This document shows positions 43,801 through 57,700 of a stretch of DNA of 64,000 bases, in pieces; position 1 is the first letter of the stretch; every line of letters starts with the position of its first letter. Below the pieces are notes generated by a model. That model was given only the letters and a program-made list of their open reading frames with translations. It had not been told where the DNA came from and did no database searches. The DNA comes from Auanema rhodensis (Eukaryota > Animalia > Nematoda), in the NCBI GenBank assembly GCA_964057225.1, contig OZ059894.1, positions 24,242,001 to 24,306,000 of the forward strand. Reading direction: 5' to 3'. Both the position numbers and the translations under genes were made by a program.

Positions 43801-44704
43801 TATTAGTCTAAAAACAAATTTTTATTGATATTGGTTCATGGTAACCATGACTTTGAAATTTACGTGAACTTCAATTTATGCTAATTAAATGTACACGTGA
43901 TGTGCACTTGGTATGTAACTCGCTTCACGTGAAAGATAAAGAGATGCGGTTTTCAAAATTAGATTCCCCATGTCCATATTAGTCTAAAAACAAATTTTTA
44001 TTGATATTGATTCATGGTAACCATGACTTTGAAATTTACGTGAACTTCAATTTATGCTAATTAAATGTACACGTGATGTGCACTTGGTATGTAACTCGCT
44101 TCACGTGAAAGATAAAGAGATGCGGTTTTCAAAATTAGATTCCCTATGTCCATATTAGTCTAAAAACAAATTTTTATTGATATTGGTTCATGGTAACCAT
44201 GACTTTGAAATTTACGTGAACTTTAATTTATGCTAATTAAATGTACACGTGATGTGCACTTGGTATGTAACTCGCTTCACGTGAAAGATAAAGAGATGCG
44301 GTTTTCAAAATTAGATTCCCCATGTCCATATTAGTCTAAAAACAAATTTTTATTGATATTGGTGCGTGGTAACCATGACTTTGAAATTTACGTGAACTTT
44401 AATTTATGCTAATTAAATGTACACGTGATGTGCACTTGGTATGTAACTCGCTTCACGTGAAAGATAAAGAGATGCGGTTTTCAAAATTAAATTTCCCATG
44501 TCCATATTAGTCTAAAAACAAATTTTTATTGATATTGGTGCATGGTAACCATGACTTTGAAATTTACGTGAACTTTAATTTATGTTAATTAAATGTACAC
44601 GTGATGTGCACTTGGTATGTAACTCGCTTCACGTGAAAGATAAAGAGATGCGTTTTTCAAAATTAGATTCCCCATGTCCATATTAGTCTAAAAACAAATT
44701 TTTA
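34849..44704. repeat. 28-monomer (4928 bp) tandem block duplication (34849-39776 / 39777-44704)
   Basis: Rare markers recur at +4928: p97G (monomers at 35025/39953), p117T (35201/40129), p142G (38017/42945) and p14G (39425/44353). I saw four differences, at 36552, 42910, 43609 and 44653. Confidence 0.92.
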
Positions 44705-47700
44705 TTGATATTGGTTCATGGTAACCATGACTTTGAAATTTACGTGAACTTTAATTTATGCTAATTAAATGTACACGTGATGTGCACTTGGTATGTAACT
44801 CGCTTCACGTGAAAGATAAAGAGATGCGGTTTTCAAAATTAGATTCCCCATGTCCATATTAGTCTAAAAACAAATTTTTATTGATATTGGTTCATGGTAA
44901 CCATGACTTTGAAATTTACGTGAACTTTGATTTATGCTAATTAAATGTACACGTGATGTGCACTTGGTATGTAACTCGCTTCACGTGAAAGATAAAGAGA
45001 TGCGGTTTTCAAAATTAGATTCCCCATGTCCATATTAGTCTAAAAACAAATTTTTATTGATATTGGTGCATGGTAACCATGACTTTGAAATTTACGTGAA
45101 CTTTAATTTATGCTAATTAAATGTACACGTGATGTGCACTTGGTATGTAACTCGCTTCACGTGAAAGATAAAGAGATGCGGTTTTCAAAATTAGATTCCC
45201 CATGTCCATATTAGTCTAAAAACAAATTTTTATTGATATTGGTGCATGGTAACCATGACTTTGAAATTTACGTGAACTTTAATTTATGCTAATTAAATGT
45301 ACACGTGATGTGCACTTGGTATGTAACTCGCTTCACGTGAAAGATAAAGAGATGCGGTTTTCAAAATTAAATTTCCCATGTCCATATTAGTCTAAAAACA
45401 AATTTTTATTGATATTGGTGCATGGTAACCATGACTTTGAAATTTACGTGAACTTTAATTTATGCTAATTAAATGTACACGTGATGTGCACTTGGTATGT
45501 AACTCGCTTCACGTAAAAGATAAAGAGATGCGGTTTTCAAAATTAAATTTCCCATGTCCATATTAGTCTAAAAACAAATTTTTATTGATATTGGTGCATG
45601 GTAACCATGACTTTGAAATTTACGTGAACTTTAATTTATGCTAATTAAATGTACACGTGATGTGCACTTGGTATGTAACTCGCTTCACGTGAAAGATAAA
45701 GAGATGCGGTTTTCAAAATTAGATTCCCCATGTCCATATTAGTCTAAAAACAAATTTTTATTGATATTGGTTCATGGTAACCATGACTTTGAAATTTACG
45801 TGAACTTTAATTTATGCTAATTAAATGTACACGTGATGTGCACTTGGTATGTAACTCGCTTCACGTGAAAGATAAAGAGATGCGGTTTTCAAAATTAGAT
45901 TCCCCATGTCCATATTAGTCTAAAAACAAATTTTTATTGATATTGGTTCATGGTAACCATGACTTTGAAATTTACGTGAACTTCAATTTATGCTAATTAA
46001 ATGTACACGTGATGTGCACTTGGTATGTAACTCGCTTCACGTGAAAGATGAAGAGATGCGGTTTTCAAAATTAGATTTCCTATGTCCATATTAGTCTAAA
46101 AACAAATTTTTATTGATATTGGTTCATGGTAACCATGACTTTGAAATTTACGTGAACTTTAATTTATGCTAATTAAATGTACACGTGATGTGCACTTGGT
46201 ATGTAACTCGCTTCACGTGAAAGATAAAGAGATGCGGTTTTCAAAATTAGATTCCCCATGTCCATATTAGTCAAAAACAAATTTTTATTGATATTGGTTC
46301 ATGGTAACCATGACTTTGAAATTTACGTGAACTTTAATTTATGCTAATTAAATGTACACGTGATGTGCACTTGGTATGTAACTCGCTTCACGTGAAAGAT
46401 GAAGAGATGCGGTTTTCAAAATTAGATTCCCTATGTCCATATTAGTCTAAAAACAAATTTTTATTGATATTGGTTCATGGTAACCATGACTTTGAAATTT
46501 ACGTGAACTTTAATTTATGCTAATTAAATGTACACGTGATGGGCACTTGGTATGTAACTCGCTTCACGTGAAAGATGAAGAGATGCGGTTTTCAAAATTA
46601 GATTCCCTATGTCCATATTAGTCTAAAAACAAATTTTTATTGATATTGGTTCATGGTAACCATGACTTTGAAATTTACGTGAACTTTAATTTATGCTAAT
46701 TAAATGTACACGTGATGTGCACTTGGTATGTAACTCGCTTCACGTGAAAGATAAAGAGATGCGGTTTTCAAAATTAGATTGCCCATGTCCATATTAGTCT
46801 AAAAACAAATTTTTATTGATATTGGTGCATGGTAACCATGACTTTGAAATTTACGTGAACTTTAATTTATGCTAATTAAATGTACACGTGATGTGCCCTT
46901 GGTATGTAACTCGCTTCACGTGAAAGATAAAGAGATGCGGTTTTCAAAATTAGATTCCCCATGTCCATATTAGTCTAAAAACAAATTTTTATTGATATTG
47001 GTGCATGGTAACCATGACTTTGAAATTTACGTGAACTTTAATTTATGCTAATTAAATGTACACGTGATGTGCACTTGGTATGTAACTCGCTTCACGTGAA
47101 AGATAAAGAGATGCGGTTTTCAAAATTAGATTCCCCATGTCCATATTAGTCTAAAAACAAATTTTTATTGATATTGGTGCATGGTAACCATGACTTTGAA
47201 ATTTACGTGAACTTTAATTTATGCTAATTAAATGTACACGTGATGTGCACTTGGTATGTAACTCGCTTCACGTGAAAGATAAAGAGATGCGGTTTTCAAA
47301 ATTAAATTTCCCATGTCCATATTAGTCTAAAAACAAATTTTCATTGATATTGGTGCATGGTAACCATGACTTTGAAATTTACGTGAACTTTAATTTATGT
47401 TAATTAAATGTACACGTGATGTGCACTTGGTATGTAACTCGCTTCACGTGAAAGATAAAGAGATGCGTTTTTCAAAATTAGATTCCCCATGTCCATATTA
47501 GTCTAAAAACAAATTTTTATTGATATTGGTTCATGGTAACCATGACTTTGAAATTTACGTGAACTTCAATTTATGCTAATTAAATGTACACGTGATGTGC
47601 ACTTGGTATGTAACTCGCTTCACGTGAAAGATAAAGAGATGCGGTTTTCAAAATTAGATTCCCCATGTCCATATTAGTCTAAAAACAAATTTTTATTGAT

Positions 47701-50510
47701 ATTGATTCATGGTAACCATGACTTTGAAATTTACGTGAACTTCAATTTATGCTAATTAAATGTACACGTGATGTGCACTTGGTATGTAACTCGCTTCACG
47801 TGAAAGATAAAGAGATGCGGTTTTCAAAATTAGATTCCCTATGTCCATATTAGTCTAAAAACAAATTTTTATTGATATTGGTTCATGGTAACCATGACTT
47901 TGAAATTTACGTGAACTTTAATTTATGCTAATTAAATGTACACGTGATGTGCACTTGGTATGTAACTCGCTTCACGTGAAAGATAAAGAGATGCGGTTTT
48001 CAAAATTAGATTCCCCATGTCCATATTAGTCTAAAAACAAATTTTTATTGATATTGGTGCGTGGTAACCATGACTTTGAAATTTACGTGAACTTTAATTT
48101 ATGCTAATTAAATGTACACGTGATGTGCACTTGGTATGTAACTCGCTTCACGTGAAAGATAAAGAGATGCGGTTTTCAAAATTAAATTTCCCATGTCCAT
48201 ATTAGTCTAAAAACAAATTTTTATTGATATTGGTGCATGGTAACCATGACTTTGAAATTTACGTGAACTTTAGTTTATGTTAATTAAATGTACACGTGAT
48301 GTGCACTTGGTATGTAACTCGCTTCACGTGAAAGATAAAGAGATGCGGTTTTCAAAATTAGATTCCCCATGTCCATATTAGTCTAAAAACAAATTTTTAT
48401 TGATATTGGTTCATGGTAACCATGACTTTGAAATTTACGTGAACTTTAATTTATGCTAATTAAATGTACACGTGATGTGCACTTGGTATGTAACTCGCTT
48501 CACGTGAAAGATAAAGAGATGCGGTTTTCAAAATTAGATTCCCCATGTCCATATTAGTCTAAAAACAAATTTTTATTGATATTGGTTCATGGTAACCATG
48601 ACTTTGAAATTTACGTGAACTTTAATTTATGCTAATTAAATGTACACGTGATGTGCACTTGGTATGTAACTCGCTTCACGTGAAAGATAAAGAGATGCGG
48701 TTTTCAAAATTAGATTCCCCATGTCCATATTAGTCTAAAAACAAATTTTTATTGATATTGGTTCATGGTAACCATGACTTTGAAATTTACGTGAACTTTG
48801 ATTTATGCTAATTAAATGTACACGTGATGTGCACTTGGTATGTAACTCGCTTCACGTGAAAGATAAAGAGATGCGGTTTTCAAAATTAGATTCCCCATGT
48901 CCATATTAGTCTAAAAACAAATTTTTATTGATATTGGTGCATGGTAACCATGACTTTGAAATTTACGTGAACTTTAATTTATGCTAATTAAATGTACACG
49001 TGATGTGCACTTGGTATGTAACTCGCTTCACGTGAAAGATAAAGAGATGCGGTTTTCAAAATTAGATTCCCCATGTCCATATTAGTCTAAAAACAAATTT
49101 TTATTGATATTGGTGCATGGTAACCATGACTTTGAAATTTACGTGAACTTTAATTTATGCTAATTAAATGTACACGTGATGTGCACTTGGTATGTAACTC
49201 GCTTCACGTGAAAGATAAAGAGATGCGGTTTTCAAAATTAAATTTCCCATGTCCATATTAGTCTAAAAACAAATTTTTATTGATATTGGTGCATGGTAAC
49301 CATGACTTTGAAATTTACGTGAACTTTAATTTATGCTAATTAAATGTACACGTGATGTGCACTTGGTATGTAACTCGCTTCACGTAAAAGATAAAGAGAT
49401 GCGGTTTTCAAAATTAAATTTCCCATGTCCATATTAGTCTAAAAACAAATTTTTATTGATATTGGTGCATGGTAACCATGACTTTGAAATTTACGTGAAC
49501 TTTAATTTATGCTAATTAAATGTACACGTGATGTGCACTTGGTATGTAACTCGCTTCACGTGAAAGATAAAGAGATGCGGTTTTCAAAATTAGATTCCCC
49601 ATGTCCATATTAGTCTAAAAACAAATTTTTATTGATATTGGTTCATGGTAACCATGACTTTGAAATTTACGTGAACTTTAATTTATGCTAATTAAATGTA
49701 CACGTGATGTGCACTTGGTATGTAACTCGCTTCACGTGAAAGATAAAGAGATGCGGTTTTCAAAATTAGATTCCCCATGTCCATATTAGTCTAAAAACAA
49801 ATTTTTATTGATATTGGTTCATGGTAACCATGACTTTGAAATTTACGTGAACTTCAATTTATGCTAATTAAATGTACACGTGATGTGCACTTGGTATGTA
49901 ACTCGCTTCACGTGAAAGATGAAGAGATGCGGTTTTCAAAATTAGATTTCCTATGTCCATATTAGTCTAAAAACAAATTTTTATTGATATTGGTTCATGG
50001 TAACCATGACTTTGAAATTTACGTGAACTTTAATTTATGCTAATTAAATGTACACGTGATGTGCACTTGGTATGTAACTCGCTTCACGTGAAAGATAAAG
50101 AGATGCGGTTTTCAAAATTAGATTCCCCATGTCCATATTAGTCAAAAACAAATTTTTATTGATATTGGTTCATGGTAACCATGACTTTGAAATTTACGTG
50201 AACTTTAATTTATGCTAATTAAATGTACACGTGATGTGCACTTGGTATGTAACTCGCTTCACGTGAAAGATGAAGAGATGCGGTTTTCAAAATTAGATTC
50301 CCTATGTCCATATTAGTCTAAAAACAAATTTTTATTGATATTGGTTCATGGTAACCATGACTTTGAAATTTACGTGAACTTTAATTTATGCTAATTAAAT
50401 GTACACGTGATGGGCACTTGGTATGTAACTCGCTTCACGTGAAAGATAAAGAGATGCGGTTTTCAAAATTAGATTCCCCATGTCCATATTAGTCTAAAAA
50501 CAAATTTTTA
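42945..50510. repeat. 21/22-monomer tandem block duplication carrying the 1-bp deletion monomer
   Basis: Monomers 245-265 recur as 266-287: p142G (42945/46640), p14G (44353/48048), p49G (44881/48752) and the p161 deletion (46272/50143). The second copy has one extra plain monomer around 48400-48751. Confidence 0.9.
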
Positions 50511-51566
50511 TTGATATTGGTGCATGGTAACCATGACTTTGAAATTTACGTGAACTTTAATTTATGCTAATTAAATGTACACGTGATGTGCACTTGGTAT
50601 GTAACTCGCTTCACGTGAAAGATAAAGAGATGCGGTTTTCAAAATTAGATTCCCCATGTCCATATTAGTCTAAAAACAAATTTTTATCGATATTGGTTCA
50701 TGGTAACCATGACTTTGAAATTTACGTGAACTTTAATTTATGCTAATTAAATGTACACGTGATGTGCACTTGGTATGTAACTCGCTTCACGTGAAAGATG
50801 AAGAGATGCGGTTTTCAAAATTAGATTCCCCATGTCCATATTAGTCTAAAAACAAATTTTTATTGATATTGGTTCATGGTAACCATGACTTTGAAATTTA
50901 CGTGAACTTTAATTTATGCTAATTAAATGTACACGTGATGTGCACTTGGTATGTAACTCGCTTCACGTGAAAGATAAAGAGATGCGGTTTTCAAAATTAG
51001 ATTCCCCATGTCCATATTAGTCTAAAAACAAATTTTTATTGATATTGGTGCATGGTAACCATGACTTTGAAATTTACGTGAACTTTAATTTATGCTAATT
51101 AAATGTACACGTGATGTGCACTTGGTATGTAACTCGCTTCACGTGAAAGATAAAGAGATGCGGTTTTCAAAATTAGATTCCCCATGTCCATATTAGTCTA
51201 AAAACAAATTTTTATTGATATTGGTGCATGGTAACCATGACTTTGAAATTTACGTGAACTTTAATTTATGCTAATTAAATGTACACGTGATGTGCACTTG
51301 GTATGTAACTCGCTTCACGTGAAAGATGAAGAGATGCGGTTTTCAAAATTAGATTTCCTATGTCCATATTAGTCTAAAAACAAATTTTTATTGATATTGG
51401 TTCATGGTAACCATGACTTTGAAATTTACGTGAACTTTAATTTATGCTAATTAAATGTACACGTGATGTGCACTTGGTATGTAACTCGCTTCACGTGAAA
51501 GATAAAGAGATGCGGTTTTCAAAATTAGATTCCCCATGTCCATATTAGTCTAAAAACAAATTTTTA

Positions 51567-54500
51567 TTGATATTGGTTCATGGTAACCATGACTTTGAAA
51601 TTTACGTGAACTTTAATTTATGCTAATTAAATGTACACGTGATGTGCACTTGGTATGTAACTCGCTTCACGTGAAAGATAAAGAGATGCGGTTTTCAAAA
51701 TTAGATTCCCCATGTCCATATTAGTCTAAAAACAAATTTTTATTGATATTGGTTCATGGTAACCATGACTTTGAAATTTACGTGAACTTCAATTTATGCT
51801 AATTAAATGTACACGTGATGTGCCCTCGGTATGTAACTCGCTTCACGTGAAAGATAAAGAGATGCGGTTTTCAAAATTAGATTCCCCATGTCCATATTAG
51901 TCTAAAAACAAATTTTTATTGATATTGGTGCATGGTAACCATGACTTTGAAATTTACGTGAACTTTAATTTATGCTAATTAAATGTACACGTGATGTGCA
52001 CTTGGTATGTAACTCGCTTCACGTGAAAGATAAAGAAATGCGGTTTTCAAAATTAGATTCCCCATGTCCATATTAGTCTAAAAACAAATTTTTATTGATA
52101 TTGGTGCATGGTAACCATGACTTTGAAATTTACGTGAACTTTAATTTATGCTAATTAAATGTACACGTGATGTGCACTCGGTATGTAACTCGCTTCACGT
52201 AAAAGATAAAGAGATGCGGTTTTCAAAATTAAATTTCCCATGTCCATATTAGTCTAAAAACAAATTTTTATTGATATTGGTGCATGGTAACCATGACTTT
52301 GAAATTTACGTGAACTTTAATTTATGCTAATTAAATGTACACGTGATGTGCACTTGGTATGTAACTCGCTTCACGTGAAAGATAAAGAGATGCGGTTTTC
52401 AAAATTAGATTCCCCATGTCCATATTAGTCTAAAAACAAATTTTTATTGATATTGGTTCATGGTAACCATGACTTTGAAATTTACGTGAACTTTAATTTA
52501 TGCTAATTAAATGTACACGTGATGTGCACTTGGTATGTAACTCGCTTCACGTGAAAGATAAAGAGATGCGGTTTTCAAAATTAGATTCCCCCTGTCCATA
52601 TTAGTCTAAAAACAAATTTTTATTGATATTGGTTCATGGTAACCATGACTTTGAAATTTACGTGAACTTTAATTTATGCTAATTAAATGTACACGTGATG
52701 TGCACTTGGTATGTAACTCGCTTCACGTGAAAGATAAAGAGATGCGGTTTTCAAAATTAGATTCCCCATGTCCATATTAGTCTAAAAACAAATTTTTATT
52801 GATATTGGTTCATGGTAACCATGACTTTGAAATTTACGTGAACTTTAATTTATGCTAATTAAATGTACACGTGATGTGCACTTGGTATGTAACTCGCTTC
52901 ACGTGAAAGATAAAGAGATGCGGTTTTCAAAATTAGATTCCCCATGTCCATTTTAGTCTAAAAACAAATTTTTATTGATATTGGTGCATGGTAACCATGA
53001 CTTTGAAATTTACGTGAACTTTAATTTATGCTAATTAAATGTACACGTGATGTGCACTTGGTATGTAACTCGCTTCACGTGAAAGATAAAGAGATGCGGT
53101 TTTCAAAATTAGATTCCCCATGTCCATATTAGTCTAAAAACAAATTTTTATTGATATTGGTTCATGGTAACCATGACTTTGAAATTTACGTGAACTTTAA
53201 TTTATGCTAATTAAATGTACACGTGATGTGCACTTGGTATGTAACTCGCTTCACGTGAAAGATAAAGAGATGCGGTTTTCAAAATTAGATTCCCCATGTC
53301 CATATTAGTCTAAAAACAAATTTTTATTGATATTGGTTCATGGTAACCATGACTTTGAAATTTACGTGAACTTCAATTTATGCTAATTAAATGTACACGT
53401 GATGTGCCCTCGGTATGTAACTCGCTTCACGTGAAAGATAAAGAGATGCGGTTTTCAAAATTAGATTCCCCATGTCCATATTAGTCTAAAAACAAATTTT
53501 TATTGATATTGGTGCATGGTAACCATGACTTTGAAATTTACGTGAACTTTAATTTATGCTAATTAAATGTACACGTGATGTGCACTTGGTATGTAACTCG
53601 CTTCACGTGAAAGATAAAGAAATGCGGTTTTCACAATTAGATTCCCCATGTCCATATTAGTCTAAAAACAAATTTTTATTGATATTGGTGCATGGTAACC
53701 ATGACTTTGAAATTTACGTGAACTTTAATTTATGCTAATTAAATGTACACGTGATGTGCACTCGGTATGTAACTCGCTTCACGTAAAAGATAAAGAGATG
53801 CGGTTTTCAAAATTAAATTTCCCATGTCCATATTAGTCTAAAAACAAATTTTTATTGATATTGGTGCATGGTAACCATGACTTTGAAATTTACGTGAACT
53901 TTAATTTATGCTAATTAAATGTACACGTGATGTGCACTTGGTATGTAACTCGCTTCACGTGAAAGATAAAGAGATGCGGTTTTCAAAATTAGATTCCCCA
54001 TGTCCATATTAGTCTAAAAACAAATTTTTATTGATATTGGTTCATGGTAACCATGACTTTGAAATTTACGTGAACTTTAATTTATGCTAATTAAATGTAC
54101 ACGTGATGTGCACTTGGTATGTAACTCGCTTCACGTGAAAGATAAAGAGATGCGGTTTTCAAAATTAGATTCCCCCTGTCCATATTAGTCTAAAAACAAA
54201 TTTTTATTGATATTGGTTCATGGTAACCATGACTTTGAAATTTACGTGAACTTTAATTTATGCTAATTAAATGTACACGTGATGTGCACTTGGTATGTAA
54301 CTCGCTTCACGTGAAAGATAAAGAGATGCGGTTTTCAAAATTAGATTCCCCATGTCCATATTAGTCTAAAAACAAATTTTTATTGATATTGGTTCATGGT
54401 AACCATGACTTTGAAATTTACGTGAACTTTAATTTATGCTAATTAAATGTACACGTGATGTGCACTTGGTATGTAACTCGCTTCACGTGAAAGATAAAGA

Positions 54501-54734
54501 GATGCGGTTTTCAAAATTAGATTCCCCATGTCCATTTTAGTCTAAAAACAAATTTTTATTGATATTGGTGCATGGTAACCATGACTTTGAAATTTACGTG
54601 AACTTTAATTTATGCTAATTAAATGTACACGTGATGTGCACTTGGTATGTAACTCGCTTCACGTGAAAGATAAAGAGATGCGGTTTTCAAAATTAGATTC
54701 CCCATGTCCATATTAGTCTAAAAACAAATTTTTA
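51567..54734. repeat. 9-monomer (1584 bp) tandem block duplication
   Basis: The p48C+p82C+p85C monomer occurs at 51743/53327, p119A at 51919/53503 and p154T at 52799/54383. The single difference seen is A>C at 53634. Confidence 0.92.
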
Positions 54735-57700
54735 TTGATATTGGTTCATGGTAACCATGACTTTGAAATTTACGTGAACTTCAATTTATGCTAATTAAAT
54801 GTACACGTGATGTGCACTTGGTATGTAACTCGCTTCACGTGAAAGATGAAGAGATGCGGTTTTCAAAATTAGATTCCCTATGTCCATATTAGTCTAAAAA
54901 CAAATTTTTATTGATATTGGTTCATGGTAACCATGACTTTGAAATTTACGTGAACTTTAATTTATGCTAATTAAATGTACACGTGATGTGCACTTGGTAT
55001 GTAACTCGCTTCACGTGAAAGATAAAGAGATGCGGTTTTCAAAATTAGATTCCCCATGTCCATATTAGTCTAAAAACAAATTTTTATTGATATTGGTTCA
55101 TGGTAACCATGACTTTGAAATTTACGTGAACTTCAATTTATGCTAATTAAATGTACACGTGATGTGCACTTGGTATGTAACTCGCTTCACGTGAAAGATA
55201 AAGAGATGCGGTTTTCAAAATTAGATTCCCCATGTCCATATTAGTCTAAAAACAAATTTTTATTGATATTGGTTCATGGTAACCATGACTTTGAAATTTA
55301 CGTGAACTTTAATTTATGCTAATTAAATGTACACGTGATGTGCACTTGGTATGTAACTCGCTTCACGTGAAAGATAAAGAGATGCGGTTTTCAAAATTAG
55401 ATTCCCCATGTCCATATTAGTCTAAAAACAAATTTTTATTGATATTGGTGCATGGTAACCATGACTTTGAAATTTACGTGAACTTTAATTTATGCTAATT
55501 AAATGTACACGTGATGTGCACTTGGTATGTAACTCGCTTCACGTGAAAGATAAAGAGATGCGGTTTTCAAAATTAGATTCCCCATGTCCATATTAGTCTA
55601 AAAACAAATTTTTATTGATATTGGTTCATGGTAACCATGACTTTGAAATTTACGTGAACTTCAATTTATGCTAATTAAATGTACACGTGATGTGCACTTG
55701 GTATGTAACTCGCTTCACGTGAAAGATGAAGAGATGCGGTTTTCAAAATTAGATTCCCTATGTCCATATTAGTCTAAAAACAAATTTTTATTGATATTGG
55801 TTCATGGTAACCATGACTTTGAAATTTACGTGAACTTTAATTTATGCTAATTAAATGTACACGTGATGTGCACTTGGTATGTAACTCGCTTCACGTGAAA
55901 GATAAAGAGATGCGGTTTTCAAAATTAGATTGCCCATGTCCATATTAGTCTAAAAACAAATTTTTATTGATATTGGTGCATGGTAACCATGACTTTGAAA
56001 TTTACGTGAACTTTAATTTATGCTAATTAAATGTACACGTGATGTGCCCTTGGTATGTAACTCGCTTCACGTGAAAGATAAAGAGATGCGGTTTTCAAAA
56101 TTAGATTCCCCATGTCCATATTAGTCTAAAAACAAATTTTCATTGATATTGGTGCATGGTAACCATGACTTTGAAATTTACGTGAACTTTAATTTATGCT
56201 AATTAAATGTACACGTGATGTGCACTTGGTATGTAACTCGCTTCACGTGAAAGATAAAGAGATGCGGTTTTCAAAATTAGATTCCCCATGTCCATATTAG
56301 TCTAAAAACAAATTTTTATTGATATTGGTGCATGGTAACCATGACTTTGAAATTTACGTGAACTTTAATTTATGCTAATTAAATGTACACGTGATGTGCA
56401 CTTGGTATGTAACTCGCTTCACGTGAAAGATAAAGAGATGCGGTTTTCAAAATTAAATTTCCCATGTCCATATTAGTCTAAAAACAAATTTTTATTGATA
56501 TTGGTGCATGGTAACCATGACTTTGAAATTTACGTGAACTTTAATTTATGTTAATTAAATGTACACGTGATGTGCACTTGGTATGTAACTCGCTTCACGT
56601 GAAAGATAAAGAGATGCGTTTTTCAAAATTAGATTCCCCATGTCCATATTAGTCTAAAAACAAATTTTTATTGATATTGGTTCATGGTAACCATGACTTT
56701 GAAATTTACGTGAACTTCAATTTATGCTAATTAAATGTACACGTGATGTGCACTTGGTATGTAACTCGCTTCACGTGAAAGATAAAGAGATGCGGTTTTC
56801 AAAATTAGATTCCCCATGTCCATATTAGTCTAAAAACAAATTTTTATTGATATTGATTCATGGTAACCATGACTTTGAAATTTACGTGAACTTCAATTTA
56901 TGCTAATTAAATGTACACGTGATGTGCACTTGGTATGTAACTCGCTTCACGTGAAAGATAAAGAGATGCGGTTTTCAAAATTAGATTCCCTATGTCCATA
57001 TTAGTCTAAAAACAAATTTTTATTGATATTGGTTCATGGTAACCATGACTTTGAAATTTACGTGAACTTTAATTTATGCTAATTAAATGTACACGTGATG
57101 TGCACTTGGTATGTAACTCGCTTCACGTGAAAGATAAAGAGATGCGGTTTTCAAAATTAGATTCCCCATGTCCATATTAGTCTAAAAACAAATTTTTATT
57201 GATATTGGTGCGTGGTAACCATGACTTTGAAATTTACGTGAACTTTAATTTATGCTAATTAAATGTACACGTGATGTGCACTTGGTATGTAACTCGCTTC
57301 ACGTGAAAGATAAAGAGATGCGGTTTTCAAAATTAAATTTCCCATGTCCATATTAGTCTAAAAACAAATTTTTATTGATATTGGTGCATGGTAACCATGA
57401 CTTTGAAATTTACGTGAACTTTAATTTATGTTAATTAAATGTACACGTGATGTGCACTTGGTATGTAACTCGCTTCACGTGAAAGATAAAGAGATGCGTT
57501 TTTCAAAATTAGATTCCACATGTCCATATTAGTCTAAAAACAAATTTTTATTGATATTGGTTCATGGTAACCATGACTTTGAAATTTACGTGAACTTCAA
57601 TTTATGCTAATTAAATGTACACGTGATGTGCACTTGGTATGTAACTCGCTTCACGTGAAAGATAAAGAGATGCGGTTTTCAAAATTAGATTCCCCATGTC

